Assembly: GCA_002245135.1 (NCBI GenBank)
Contig: NGBS01000617.1
Span: 1 to 64,000, forward strand
DNA from: Proteromonas lacertae
Lineage: Eukaryota
Length of the DNA: 64,000 nucleotides
Direction: 5' to 3'
Positions 36,517 to 50,300 of this stretch are shown one piece after another. Under the pieces are notes generated by a model. The model worked only from the letters and a program-made list of their open reading frames with translations. It did not search any database and was not told the DNA's origin. A program made the position numbers and the translations under genes. Each line of letters starts with the position of its first letter. Positions within the stretch are counted from its first letter, which is position 1.

Positions 36517-39500
36517 GTTTTACTCTATTATTCTTTTATTTGTTAATAATGAAAATGTTTATCATACTATATTATACATATTTTCATTATCTCAGTTGAT
36601 ATTAAATACTTTCTATATTGTTTTGATCAAATTATTCAAAATACATTATCAAACCATGATCAAGCCTATATAATTTTCATTTGAGTTTAAAATGTGAATG
36701 AAAGAGATTGGTGACTGAATTTGTGAATGTGGTGAAGTAATTAAGTATACAGGTGAAGAATATATATATAAAGTGTGTTTAGTAAAACAATTCGTTGAAA
36801 GAGTGTAAAGAAAAGAAATAAATCATTGTAAAAATTGTTGATTGTTTAGTTAATAGAAGTGAATGGGTTAATATAATAGAAGAAGAAAAGAGACAAATAA
36901 TTATGAAAAATGTTGACTATTTTATATTATAGTAGTAATTGAATTATATGAGTGAAATAGTAAATGAATTGAATATATGGTCTAAGAGATTTAAATCTTC
37001 CAGAAAGATTAACAGAAAAAGTCAATAGAATAATGAAATGAGTGATTTAGATTTTATAGATTGTATATTATTTAAATCCTAAATCATAATTTCCAGAATC
37101 ATCTCCAGCAGCAACTGAAGCAAGTAAAGTATCAACAGAAAGTGCTTGGGCAGTAGGTAATGTAGAAGGAGTTGAATTAGAAATAGATGAAAATACAAAT
37201 GAAGCTGAAGTATCTAATAATACGATGAAGAAAACAAACAAATTTGCTTTAAAAAAGAAACATCCATTAAATATCTAATATTTTCCTTTAATTTACTTGT
37301 TGAAGTTGTATTTCAAGTGTTAATAAACATGAATATAATAAACAAATATTGTGTAAGAATGATTTCTGTGTATGTAAATAAAAAATTCCATAAATGAAAC
37401 GACTCAATATTTTGAAATGTTGCATTTGATAGATAAAGTGTTATATGCTAAATTAGCATGTGATATGAAAGTATTATAATTAATTTATTTTTATTAGGAG
37501 AAAGAGAGAATAGAAAGAAGTGTTAATGAGTTAGATTTAGTTGTAGAATATGAAACTGATATTCAAAAGTTGAAAGTGTTTAATGTATGTGAAATGAAAG
37601 AGAAACAAATATTAAAATTGTTAGAAAATAAGTGTATGTTGTTAGTTTGTTGTTCCTCCTTCATTTGTCGATATAGAGTGTATGATATGAATGATGATGG
37701 TGAATATATGATATATTGCAGAGAATATTACAGTAGAGACTTGAAAGAGATAGTTTCTAAAATTGTTTATGTGTGAATGAAATATGTGATATAATAAGTT
37801 CAATATGTGATGATGTAATGGTAATGAATGAAAATGAGATTGTAGTAGGTAATTTGAAGAGTAGTAATGTGATATATGAAGAGAATGGTATTTTAAAGTT
37901 ATGTGATTTATGTTTGAATGAAATAAGAAAAGAAGAAGATATGAGATTGTATGATATATGCTTTACAAGTCCAGAAGAGTTGAATGGATTAGAATATGAT
38001 GAAGGAAGTGTGATTTGGTCAATTGGGTGTATATTATATGAAATGATGTTTAATAAATTACCATTTTCAGAAGATAATAATATGTTTAAAACAAGAGAGA
38101 ATATTGTGAGATGTAAATACAATATAGATGTAGAATGTGATGATAGAATGAAAGAGATGATATATAGAATGTTGAAATTGAAGAATGAAGATAGAATGAG
38201 TTTGAAAGAGTTGAAGAAAGAAATGATAAAAATGAGTGAAATATTGATAGATGAAGGTGATAATATGATGATATGTGAAGAAAGAAAAGAAATATTATTA
38301 AATAATGATAATATAATTGTTAGACTTCCAATAGAATATCCATCAAAATATTATATTGAAAGTGAAAAAAGAGAAGTGATTAGAGATAAATTGATAGAAT
38401 CCTACAATATTCAACCAAATGAAAGAATATTGTCAATATTATTGATGATGAAAATGTACAAAAGAGATTATTTAATTGAAGATAGATTGAAATTTCAAAT
38501 ACATCATAAATGTAGATATGGAGAATGTAATTTAGATGAGATAATATTTAAGATAAAAAGTGATTATTCAGATAAAGAAATGATGGAAATAGAATCATAT
38601 TTTATATGTTTTTGTGAAGAAGGAATGAATTATTTATTTAGAATATTGAGAAAAATCAATCCAACTAAGCTGAAATTTTGTATTTTTCTATATATTGTTA
38701 TTTGTATAGATTTTATTCAAATACCAATTATTCGTCAATCATTATTTATATCATATTTGACTGGATTATCAAATCTACAAACATTAGATTTATCATGGTG
38801 TAATCTTACTTCCTATTTCATTGAATCATTTGTTAAATCAATTCCATTAATGAAATTGAAATATATAGATCTTCGATGTATTTATAATCATATTGTTATT
38901 TTATGAAATAGCTAATCGAATTGGTGTGAAAGGATTTAAATTGTTACTTCCATATTTACATTTATTAATCAACAAAGACAATGAATTAAATCTTTGGAAA
39001 ATGAAATTAAATGATGAATGTATGATGTTATTATCATCAGAATTATATAAATATCCAAATCTTAAGAACATCAATATTAGAGAAAACCAAAACATTCATT
39101 CAATAGGATTAAAAGCCTTATTCTCCAAATTTCGAAATATATATTGTGATGTTAGTAAAGAATTACTGATTGATAAAGACATTCCTGAATTATTCAAATA
39201 TTTAAACCAATACAATGAATTATATCTGATTAATTTAGAAATAGATGATGATATTTTCAAAACATTCATTTCATTAAGATCAAATGAATTGAAAGAAATA
39301 AAGAGATTAGATTTGCCTTGTAAAATTTAATATTTTTATTATTATATAGATAATAAACTAACATACAAAAGTATAGAAATATTGATAAACAATTTGTCTT
39401 CATTTCCAAATCTTCAACATCTTGAATTAAATGAAAATGAAATAGGAGATGAAGGAATGAAAATATTATCTCCACATTTGAGTCTATTAAAAGAATGGGA

Positions 39501-42495
39501 TGATAGAATAGATTGTTCAAGTATAAATACTATCTTTTAATATTCAATAGAAATGGGATTATCTTCAATTGGATTGAAGTATTTATTAGATGGTTTAAAG
39601 AGTATTCATCAAAAGATCAGATTGGATATAAGTGATAATAATATAGATTCAGAAGGAATAGAATATTTGATGAATTATATGAAAGAGAATGATAATATTA
39701 ATAGATTGAATATTCAAAGTATATTTATTGTAGTTTTTAATTTGTTTAATAGATAATCCAATTGGTAATGCTGGATTTAAGCTATTACTAAACAATTTAG
39801 ACATGTTATTAGAAAATAATTTAAATAAAATTGATTTAACCATCATCTCAATAGATGATGAAAGTGTGATATTATTAGCTGATAAGATAGATTCAATTTC
39901 TAATTGCAACACAATAGACTTAAGTGGAAATAATATCAGAATGAATGGATTAAAATCAATTTGTTCCAAAACATTAGAAAAAGAAGAATATCCATTTATA
40001 GAAATGAATAATATATCATGGAGAAAAGAAGAATGTGAATATTATTTGAATTATTGTATTAAAAAGAAAAGAAAAGACAATAAATACTATTATTTTTCCA
40101 GTATATTATGTGTGTTTATAATGAAATAGATTTAAATCTGAATGATTCTCATATTTCATTAATAAAACAGATTGATTATGAAGAACTTGATTTATCCAAT
40201 AACAAGATTAGTTGTAATGGATTAAAAGAATTAACAGATTCTTTTACAGAAAATGTTAAATATATCTCAATTCATAATAATGAAATTGGAGATGAAGGAA
40301 TAGAGATAATATGTAAATATTTAGATAAATTTATTTATTCTACATTATCATTAAACATCTCAAGTATTTAAAATTCTGTATTGTATTGTATTGTATATAG
40401 AAATTGGGATGAGTGAAAAAGGATTGATGATGTTAATAGAAAGATTAAAAGATAATATACCATTGACAAATATAAATTTATCAGGAAATGAATTAGATGA
40501 AAGAGAATTGAGATTAATGAAAGAAAACAAAGAAGTATTTGAAGATTTAGAAAAATTATCAATAACATTAAAAGAAGATATAGATAAATCAGAATTAAAA
40601 TCATTTTTAGAAACATTTACATCAATTGGTATAGTAAAGTTGGATGGGATAGAAGAAGAAGAAAAGGAAAGAACTATCAAAAGAATATTTGAATATTAAA
40701 TAATTCAATTATTAGTTGTTTTACTCTATTATTCTTTTATTTGTTAATAATGAAAATGTTTATCATACTATACATATTTTCATATTTTTTGTTAATATTA
40801 AATACTTTCTATATTGTTTTGATCAAATTATTCAAAATACATTATCAAACCATGATCAAGCCTATATAATTTTTATTTGAGATTAAAATGTGAATGAAAG
40901 AAATTAGTGACTGAATTTATGAATGTGATAAAGTAATTAAGTATACAGATGAAGAAGATATATATAAAGTGTGTTTAGTAAAACAATTCGTTGAAAGAGT
41001 GTAAAGAAAAGAAATAAATCATTGTAGAAATTGTTGATTGTTTAGTTAATAGAAGTGAATGGGTTAATATAATAGAAGAAGAAAAGAGACAAATAATTAT
41101 GAAAATGTTGACTATTTTATATTATAGTAGTAATTGAATTATATGAGTGAAATAGTAAATGAATTGAATATATAGTCGAAGAGATTTAAATCTTCCAGAA
41201 AGATTAACAGAAAATCAATAGAATAATGAAATGAGTGATATAGATTTTATAGATTGTATATTATTTAAATCCTAAATCATAATTTCCAGAATCATCTCCA
41301 GCAGCAACTGAAGCAAGTAAAGTATCAACAGAAAGTGCTTGGGCAGTAGGTAATGTAGAAGGAGTTGAATTAGAAATAGATGAAAATACAAATGAAGCTG
41401 AAGTATCTAATAATACGATGAAGAAAACAAACAAATTTGCTTTAAAAAAGAAACATCCATTAAATATCTAATATTTTCCTTTAATTTACTTGTTGAAGTT
41501 GTATTTCAAGTGTTAATAAACATGAATATAATAAACAAATATTGTGTAAGAATGATTTCTGTGTATGTAAATAAAAAATTCCATAAATGAAACGACTCAA
41601 TATTTTGAAATGTTGCATTTGATAGATAAAGTGTTATATGCTAAATTAGCATGTGATATGAAAGTATTATAATTAATTTATTTTTATTAGGAGAAAGAGA
41701 GAATAGAAAGAAGTGTTAATGAGTTAGATTTAGTTGTAGAATATGAAACTGATATTCAAAAGTTGAAAGTGTTTAATGTATGTGAAATGAAAGAGAAGCG
41801 AATATTAAAATTGTTAGAAAATAAGTGTTTGTTGTTAGTTTGTTGTTCCTCCTTCATTTGTCGATATAGAGTGTATGATATGAATGATGATGGTGAATAT
41901 ATGATATATTGCAGAGAATATTACAGTAGAGACTTGAAAGAGATAGTTTCTAAAAATTGTTTATGTGTGAATGAAATATGTGATATAATAAGTTCAATAT
42001 GTGATGATGTAATGGTATTGAATGAAAATGAGATTGTAGTAGGTAATTTGAAGAGTAGTAATGTGATATATGAAGAGAATGGTATTTTAAAGTTATGTGA
42101 TTTATGTTTGAATGAAATAAGAAAAGAAGAAGATATGAGATTGTATGATATATGCTTCACAAGTCCAGAAGAGTTGAATGGATTAGAATATGATGAAGGA
42201 AGTGTGATTTGGTCAATTGGGTGTATATTATATGAAATGATGTTTAATAAATTACCATTTTCAGAAGATAATAATATTTTTAAAACAAGAGAGAATATTG
42301 TGAGATGTAAATACAATATAGATGTAGAATGTGATGATAGAATGAAAGAGATGATATATAGAATGTTGAAATTGAAGAATGAAGATAGAATGAGTTTGAA
42401 AGAGTTGAAGAAAGAAATGATAAAAATGAGTGAAATATTGATAGATGAAGGTGATAATATGATGATATGTGAAGAAAGAAAAGAAATATTATTTA
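36517..42495 (+). repeat. Tandem duplication with ~4.2-kb period (spacer plus kinase domain shared by copies 2 and 3)
   Basis: GTTTTACTCTATTATTC starts at 36517 and at 40718. Near identity continues to the end of the kinase domain. Confidence 0.9.
37417..40699 (+). CDS. Pseudokinase-LRR protein, copy 2
   Basis: Same exon structure as copy 1. First exon MLHLIDKVLYAKLACDMK; a 1-bp deletion in an A-run at ~37760 relative to copy 3. Confidence 0.85.
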
Positions 42496-44109
42496 ATAAT
42501 GATTATTTGACAGAAGTATCACCATTTGATGTTTTATCAAAATATTATCGTAAATATAATAAATGGGAAGATATTCGAGATGATTTGATAGAATTATACA
42601 ATGATAAGCCAAACAAGAGAATATTGTCAATATTATTGATGATGAAATTATACAAAAGAGATGAATCAATAAAAGATAAACTGAAATATAGAGTTTATCA
42701 TAAATGTGAAGTAGGAAAAGCAAGTCATTTAGATAGAAAGATATTGAATATTAAACATGATTGTTATGATATAGACAAAATCAGAATTAATTCAAGTTGT
42801 TTTTGTTTATGTGAAGAAGGGATGAATTATTTTTTTAGAATAATGAAAATAATCAATCCAACAAATCTCTATTTTAGTATATTTCTAATCATTTTAATTA
42901 TTATATAGATAGAATATTTGGTTGTAATTTTACTAACTGTTTTATTAAATCATTTATTAAATCAGTCCAGTATATGAAATTGGAATATGTAGCTCTTCAA
43001 TGTATTTAATACTTATTAAAATATATTATATTGAAATAGCTAATCGAATTGGTGTGAAAGGATTTAAATTGTTACTTCCATATTTACATTTATTAATCAA
43101 CAAAGACAATGAATTAAATCTTTGGAAAATGAAATTAAATGATGAATGTATGATGTTATTATTATCAGAATTATATAAATATCCAAATCTTCAGAGAATA
43201 GATATTAGAAATAATTGCAATATTCATTATAAAGGATTAAAAATTATATTATCCAAATTACTAATTTCAAAAGTAGACTTTGATTTGAAAGGATGTAAAG
43301 AAATACTGATTGATAAAGACATTCCAGAATCAATCAAATATATAAACCAATACAATGAATTATATCTGATTAATTTAGAAATAGATGATGATATTTTCAA
43401 AACATTCATTTCATTAAGATCAAATGAATTGAAAGAAATAAAGAGATTAGATTTGAGTTGTATAATTTGATATTTTTATTATTATATAGATAATAAACTA
43501 ACATACAAAAGTATAGAAATATTGATAAACAATTTATCTTCATTTCCAAATCTTAAACATCTCAAATTAAATGAAAATGAAATAGGAGATGAAGGAATGA
43601 AAATATTATCTCCGCATTTACATTTATTAAGTTATATTGATGAGATTAATTGTTCAAGTATAAATACTATCTTTTAATATTCAATAGAAATGGGATTATC
43701 TTCAATTGGAATGAAGTATTTATTAGATGGTTTAAAGAATATTGTTGAAAGGATTAGTCTTAATATAAGCTACAATAATATTGACTCAGAAGGAATTAAA
43801 ATGTTAATGAAATACATGAAAAAGAATAACAATATTAAAACATTGATCATTTATAGTATATATAAATTGAGTTTTAGAATTTCTTTTAATAGATAATCCA
43901 ATTAATAAAACTGAAATGGATAAGTTGCAGAGAATAGTTGATAAAGATAATCTAGATAATAGATGCATAATATGTTTCAAGATTTAATGATCCAATTAAA
44001 GATGAAGTAGAGAGATACTGTACATTAAAATCGTTTTTAGATACATTCTCATTTATTGGAAAAAATAATAATAGATGTGAAAAGAAAGAATTGTGAAAGA
44101 ATTGTCTAA
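41610..44109 (+). CDS. Pseudokinase-LRR protein, copy 3 (fewer LRRs)
   Basis: 5' part nearly identical to copy 2. The first LRR exon is 93 nt instead of 168 nt and two later LRR exons are absent. The 3' end is uncertain (43987 or 44109). Confidence 0.8.
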
Positions 44110-44333
44110 AGAATTCTATAATGTTTATTAATACAAGCTATTTATTGATTTGTATCTGTTTGTGTGTTATAATTCTTCTTTTTCTTCTTATAGTAAATTC
44201 TTTGGTTAATTTTGAAAATAATAACCTCTAAGCTCTCTCTATAATTATTTATTAGAAAAACAAACTTCAAACATAGTTTGTCAAGCTCATAGTTTGAAGA
44301 CAACGTATTTTTGGTATTTAAAACAGGCTTTTT

Positions 44334-47300
44334 ATGATTAAGTATAATAATTATAATTGTTTCATCAATAGATACCTATTCAGCTTACTAATTTACTTAT
44401 CCGTGAGCATTTGTTTTGAGATACCTCTTCCTTATTTGAGTAATGTAGGTGAGGTTAATGAGGCTCCAATTATCAGAGTAACACACGAATATGACCATAT
44501 AGAAGGAAGTGTTAGTCATATAAATGATGTTATAATATACGATATTGATGCTTTGAAGAATCCTGAAGCTTTGGTAAAGTTATTGTTATTGCCAAGTATA
44601 TTTATAAATTATGTATAACAATATAGAATATGGAAATGTTAGTTTCAGTGATATTTCCAAAATTAGATATTGGTATCCAAACGAAAATCCCAAATTAATA
44701 TCTGTATTAGTGCATATGCAGGATTTAAGAGCTTTAGTATCCTCAATAATTTACACAGAAAGCAATGAATACAAAGGAGATAAAGATGAAATAGAAATAG
44801 AGTTAAATGATCGTGGTTTTACTGGAACAGGAGGTGAAAAATCATCTAAAAGTACAATTATAGTCAATTTAAAGTATATAAACAAAGGACCAAAGATTAC
44901 TGGTGATTTTGAATTAATCTCAAACATATCTCAAGCTTCAATGATAAATCTGACAGATCGTGGATATGTAATTACTGATGAAGATATAAATATGAAGAAT
45001 CAAATGATGGTATTATCTTTAACCTCTGAATATGGTGAATTTATACTAAATGGTGGTGATATTGTAGTAGAATATGAGAATATAACAAATGGAATAGCTA
45101 TAACTAATAAAATAGAAATATTAAACAATATTTTAACAAATATGTCATTTCAATTATATCCAAATGTCAACACCTATAAGAAAGATTATATTAATTTTAT
45201 ATTGAGTATTATGTTGATAAATAACAATGAATTAAAAGATATAAAGATTCAATATTTGTCAGTAAATAGAACAGAATATAAACCAATAATTGAAGCTCCA
45301 TTCGACATTACAATTGATGAAGACAGTCAATATAAATTCGATAGTTTTAAATTAAGTGATGAAAATGATAAATTTGATTCATTTGATTTATATAAACTAG
45401 TAATCCAAACCGATTGTGATAATAATAATAATAATTTTACAACAACTACTGCAGGCATTATTCAAAGTGGTATTATGAATGGTTTACATCTTATTCTTAT
45501 GAATGACAGTTATATTGAAGTAGAAGGACAATTAGAAAATCTTAACACTTTATTACATACAACTCTCTTTATTCCAAATGAAAATTATTATGGGCCAACA
45601 GAAATTTCATTAATTTTAAGCGATTATATATTAGAACCAGCAACTATCTATCGTACTATTAATATCGAACCAGTAAATGATGCTCCAGTTATTACAACAA
45701 AACATATCTATTATGGTAAAGAAAATCAAATAATTGAATTAGATGGATTTAGTGTGTCAGATATCGACTGTGATTTAGATATATATATTGATATACAAGT
45801 GAATGTAGGTACAATTGGTTTTAAACAGAATAATCCTTGGTTAACATACACAATAGGTAATGGAGATGGTAAAGATCAACATATTGCTCTTCATGGTAGT
45901 ATATCAACAGTAAATCAAGTTTTGAAAGGATTAATCTATTATCCAGTGGAACATTTTAATTTTCATAAAGATGGAAGAGTGGAAGGTATTTTTAATGTGA
46001 ATGATAATGGAAGATTTGGTAAAGGAGGAATAGAATCAACCACTTCATCATTTTATATTATTATCGAAAATGAAGTAGATAATACTGTTTTAAATATTGC
46101 TGACAGTAATTATGTTATTGATGAAGATACAGAATTAATGATTGAAGGTGTTGATGTTGTTGATAATGATGTTCAGTTATTTGATGATTTGGTAATTATG
46201 GTTGAAATTCAATGCAAAAATGGTAAAGTTATCATGAAGAATTATGAAGGTTTATATGTGATGAAAGGGAATATTGTAACTGGAGAAAGTGATGGTTCTA
46301 TTATATTTAGAGGATCAATTTCAAGTATAAACAATGGATTTAAAGCATTCTATTATCAGGGAAATAAAGATTATTATGGCAAAGATGAAATATCAATTAA
46401 AGTGACAAACTTAGAAAAAATGATAAGTAATCCAGATAAAGCTGTTTCAAGTGGAAAAATTTCTATAGAAATTGAAGCAGTAAATGATGCACCAGTAATT
46501 GTAATTAATACTCCATATATAGAGATATATGAAAATGAATCCACAACTATTCAACCAGTAATTATTACTGATGTTGATGCAAGAGTAAATGATTTTATTC
46601 AGTTGAATATTTCCACTGAAATTGGTAGTGTAAAAATACCTTATATCAAGCAAGTAAACTATAAAGTTGGTAAACCTGAAGAGTTTGAACAATTTGTGAG
46701 TTTAGAATGCACAAAAATAACACTTACAAAAGTATTAGATACATTTATATATAAGTCAAAGGAATATTACAGTGGAAGAGATTCTATTGAATATAGTGTA
46801 AATGATTTAGGTGCTACAGGAAAAGGCGGTTTTAAAACAGCTAAAATGTCAATTATTATACTGATTTATCCAGTAAATAATCCACCAATCATTAACTCAC
46901 AAAACGAATATTTTATTGAAACAAAGAAAAACGGTTATATTAATAGATTGAATGGAATATCGATAAATGATATTGACTATACATTATCTTCTATTGATTA
47001 TTTATTAACTGTAACAATTAAAGTAGATGAAGGTAATAAGAGTGATATTAAATCAGGAACAATTTCATTAGGTAATTCTATTGAAGATTGTAACGGATTA
47101 TTTTTTAGAAATGGAAGTGGATTTAACGACTCTTTTTTAGTATTTGATGGAAATGTTCAAAATATTAACAATGCATTTGAGTAAAATAATATTCAACTAC
47201 AAATTACTATGGTATGGAATATCAAATTTATACATTAAAGTGAGTGATAATGGTTATTTAAGTATGAATAATACACCAGTTTATACTGATGACGTTAATA

Positions 47301-50300
47301 TAACATTAAGAGGATTGGATTTACCTATTTATTATGATTATAAATTTGAAGTTCCAATTACTTATTATACTACTGAAGAAGATACAATTCTTGAAAATAT
47401 TACCGTTTCATTAGTGAATTTAAATCCTCCAGATAAATACATGTCAATTCAAATTGATATGAAAATAGGAAATATTAGTGGAGTACAAAAGATATATAAT
47501 GATGAATTAAACTATATTATTACTAATTCAAATTATACAATTATAGAACCATCAAATTCTATTTCAGTTCAAGGAACTTTGAATGGAATGAATGAATTTT
47601 TAAAAACTATAAAATATATTCCACAGTCCAAATTGGAATAGTTATTTAAATGGAGTTGATATAATGACAATCACATTATTAGTATTAAATGAGTCTCAAT
47701 TGTTTGAGCCAATTATTAAAACTCAAATAACAATCTATGTAGAACCAATAAATGATATTCCAAATATCATATTTACAAATGAAAGTTTAGCATTTAATGA
47801 ATCACTCACTGTTAGTTCTTATATATTACCATCAATGTATATTACTGATATTGATTCTGAAGAAGATATATTTGCAATTTATTCTATTTCTATGAAAGTT
47901 TATTTTGGTAGTTTATCATTGAATTATACAGCTGGAATAAATATCACTTACAAAGATGATGAAAATATGAAATATTATACTGTTAATGGAACAATATTGA
48001 ATATCAATAGATTACTAAACAATATTTATTATACTTATCCAAAGAGAGGTATTTTACATGATAACTTTACACTCACTGTGTATGATAATGGAAATTATGG
48101 AATAGATTCTGAAAATTTAACCGTTTCAAAAATGATTGATATAACTACTTATTATATCAACCATCCTCCTGATTATGTTATTAATAATACAATGTTAAAG
48201 ACTGATGAAGATACTAGATTGATATTGAATAATGTAGTGATAGATATACACGATAATGAAGAAGATCCGCTTAGTTTCTATATATATGCTAAATATGGTA
48301 GTATTAGATTTAATATATGTGATTTCAAACATGATTTCATTACAGTCATAAGTGGTTGTGGATATGAAGATCGATTTATTTATATGATTGGTTCAAGCCA
48401 AGCCTTATTAAGAATGGTAAAAGAACAAGCTTATTTTGTGAGTGAATTGAATTGGAATAGTTATTATCGTGGATATGATGTTATCTATTACGGTTTAACT
48501 GATAAAGTGATGAATATGACTGAAATTCCAATTATCGAGTCACAATTTGTGTATGTCAATCCAATCAATGATATACCAACAATTACAGTTAATCAGAGTG
48601 AATATAATATTAAAAACAATGAATATCGTTTAATCAATGGAATTGTTGTTGATGATGTAGATATCAATGAAGGTGTATACAATCTATTAACTGTAAATTT
48701 GACCGTTTCAAGAGGATCAATTCATTTGAAATATTATGAAGGTTTACAGTTTTTAATTGGTTCACCAATTGAATATGAGAATTACAATAACTATACTAAA
48801 ACAATCATCTTTAGATCAACTTTACTAAACGTCAATAAAGCTATTAATTCTATGAAATATAAAGCATGTAGTGTATGTTTAGGAATTGACAATATCACAA
48901 TATCCGTAACAGATGAAAATACCAATGAAATTGAAGTGAATGAAATAAGATATGAAGTGTCAAATTTAATCAAAATTTACTTATTATCATCCTTAAATGA
49001 ACCCTATGTTATAACTCCATTAACACCTTATTTTATAAAGGAAGATACAATTCAATCATTGAGTGAAATAACTGTAGTTGATGTTGATACTTTATATTAT
49101 TATTTATATGTAAATATTACAGTTGATATAGGTAATATTGATGGTATTAAAAGTAGTGAAGATAATGATAACATTTATATAATTAATAGTGATATTGACA
49201 CTATCAATAATATGATTCATTCAGCCAATTATATTCCACCAAAAGACTATAACGGTTTAGTTACAATGACGATATTTGTAGTTGATTCTGATAATTTAAT
49301 ATCACCTCTTAATTACATATATTTCCATGTTTTACCTGTAAATGATAAGCCAACTATTGATATTATCAATCCATTAGAATCATTGAAAGTAGTGAAAAAT
49401 ACTCATACTATGTTTGACTTTATTGAAATTGATGATGTTGATTGTAATGAAATGTATAATAATTGGATAATTGATAGTAAATATAACAATATGATTACAA
49501 TGAATTTAACAGTAAAAGATGGTAATTTAACTGTAGATTCTCATTATCCTTATCCATTAATCAATAATGATAATATTCTCACAGAAAATAACAATAAAAC
49601 GATCATATTTACAAATACAATTGAATATGTAAAATTGTTATTATCAAATATTCAATATACTCCAAAATATAACAGTTTAGATTCTGATCCAATCGTTTTA
49701 TCATTAAATGATAATGGAAATACAGGCGAAGGTGGTGTATTAATAACAACCACTCAATTTATGATGGAAATAGTGAATAATACAGAATTACCTGTATTAA
49801 ATGTAAATGAAAATGATTGGTTGAATGTTGATGAAGATATTCCAACGCTATTATTTGAAAATTTTACACTGAAAGATCCAAATGATTTTATTGGCTTATT
49901 TTATTACTTTAGAATTGGTGTAAAACATGGAAATATCACAATTAAAGAGAATAACAACAATAATTTGAAAATAACCAATTATTTCAAGAATGAAACAGGT
50001 AGATATTTTGATTTTAGAGGTACTTTGAAAGATGTAAATGAAATATTCAAATTATTAGTTTATACAAGTGACTTGAATTATAATAATAATTGGAATTACA
50101 ATATCAATAAAGACACTAATAAAATCTATCATAATGACTTTGAACTATTAACAATTGATATATCTTATGATCCAAATGATTTATCGAATAATAACAAAGC
50201 TCATAAAGAAATAAAAGTATCAGTAAATTGGATAAATGATTTACCCACAATAGAATCACCATCTGAGTTTATAATGAAGGAATTAGAAGATACTACATTA

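Noticed and set aside
37070..37320. Coding-like stretch in the spacer between kinase-LRR copies (also ~41270-41510)
   Set aside because: Open on both strands, with no convincing start or recognisable family. Cannot be called as a gene.
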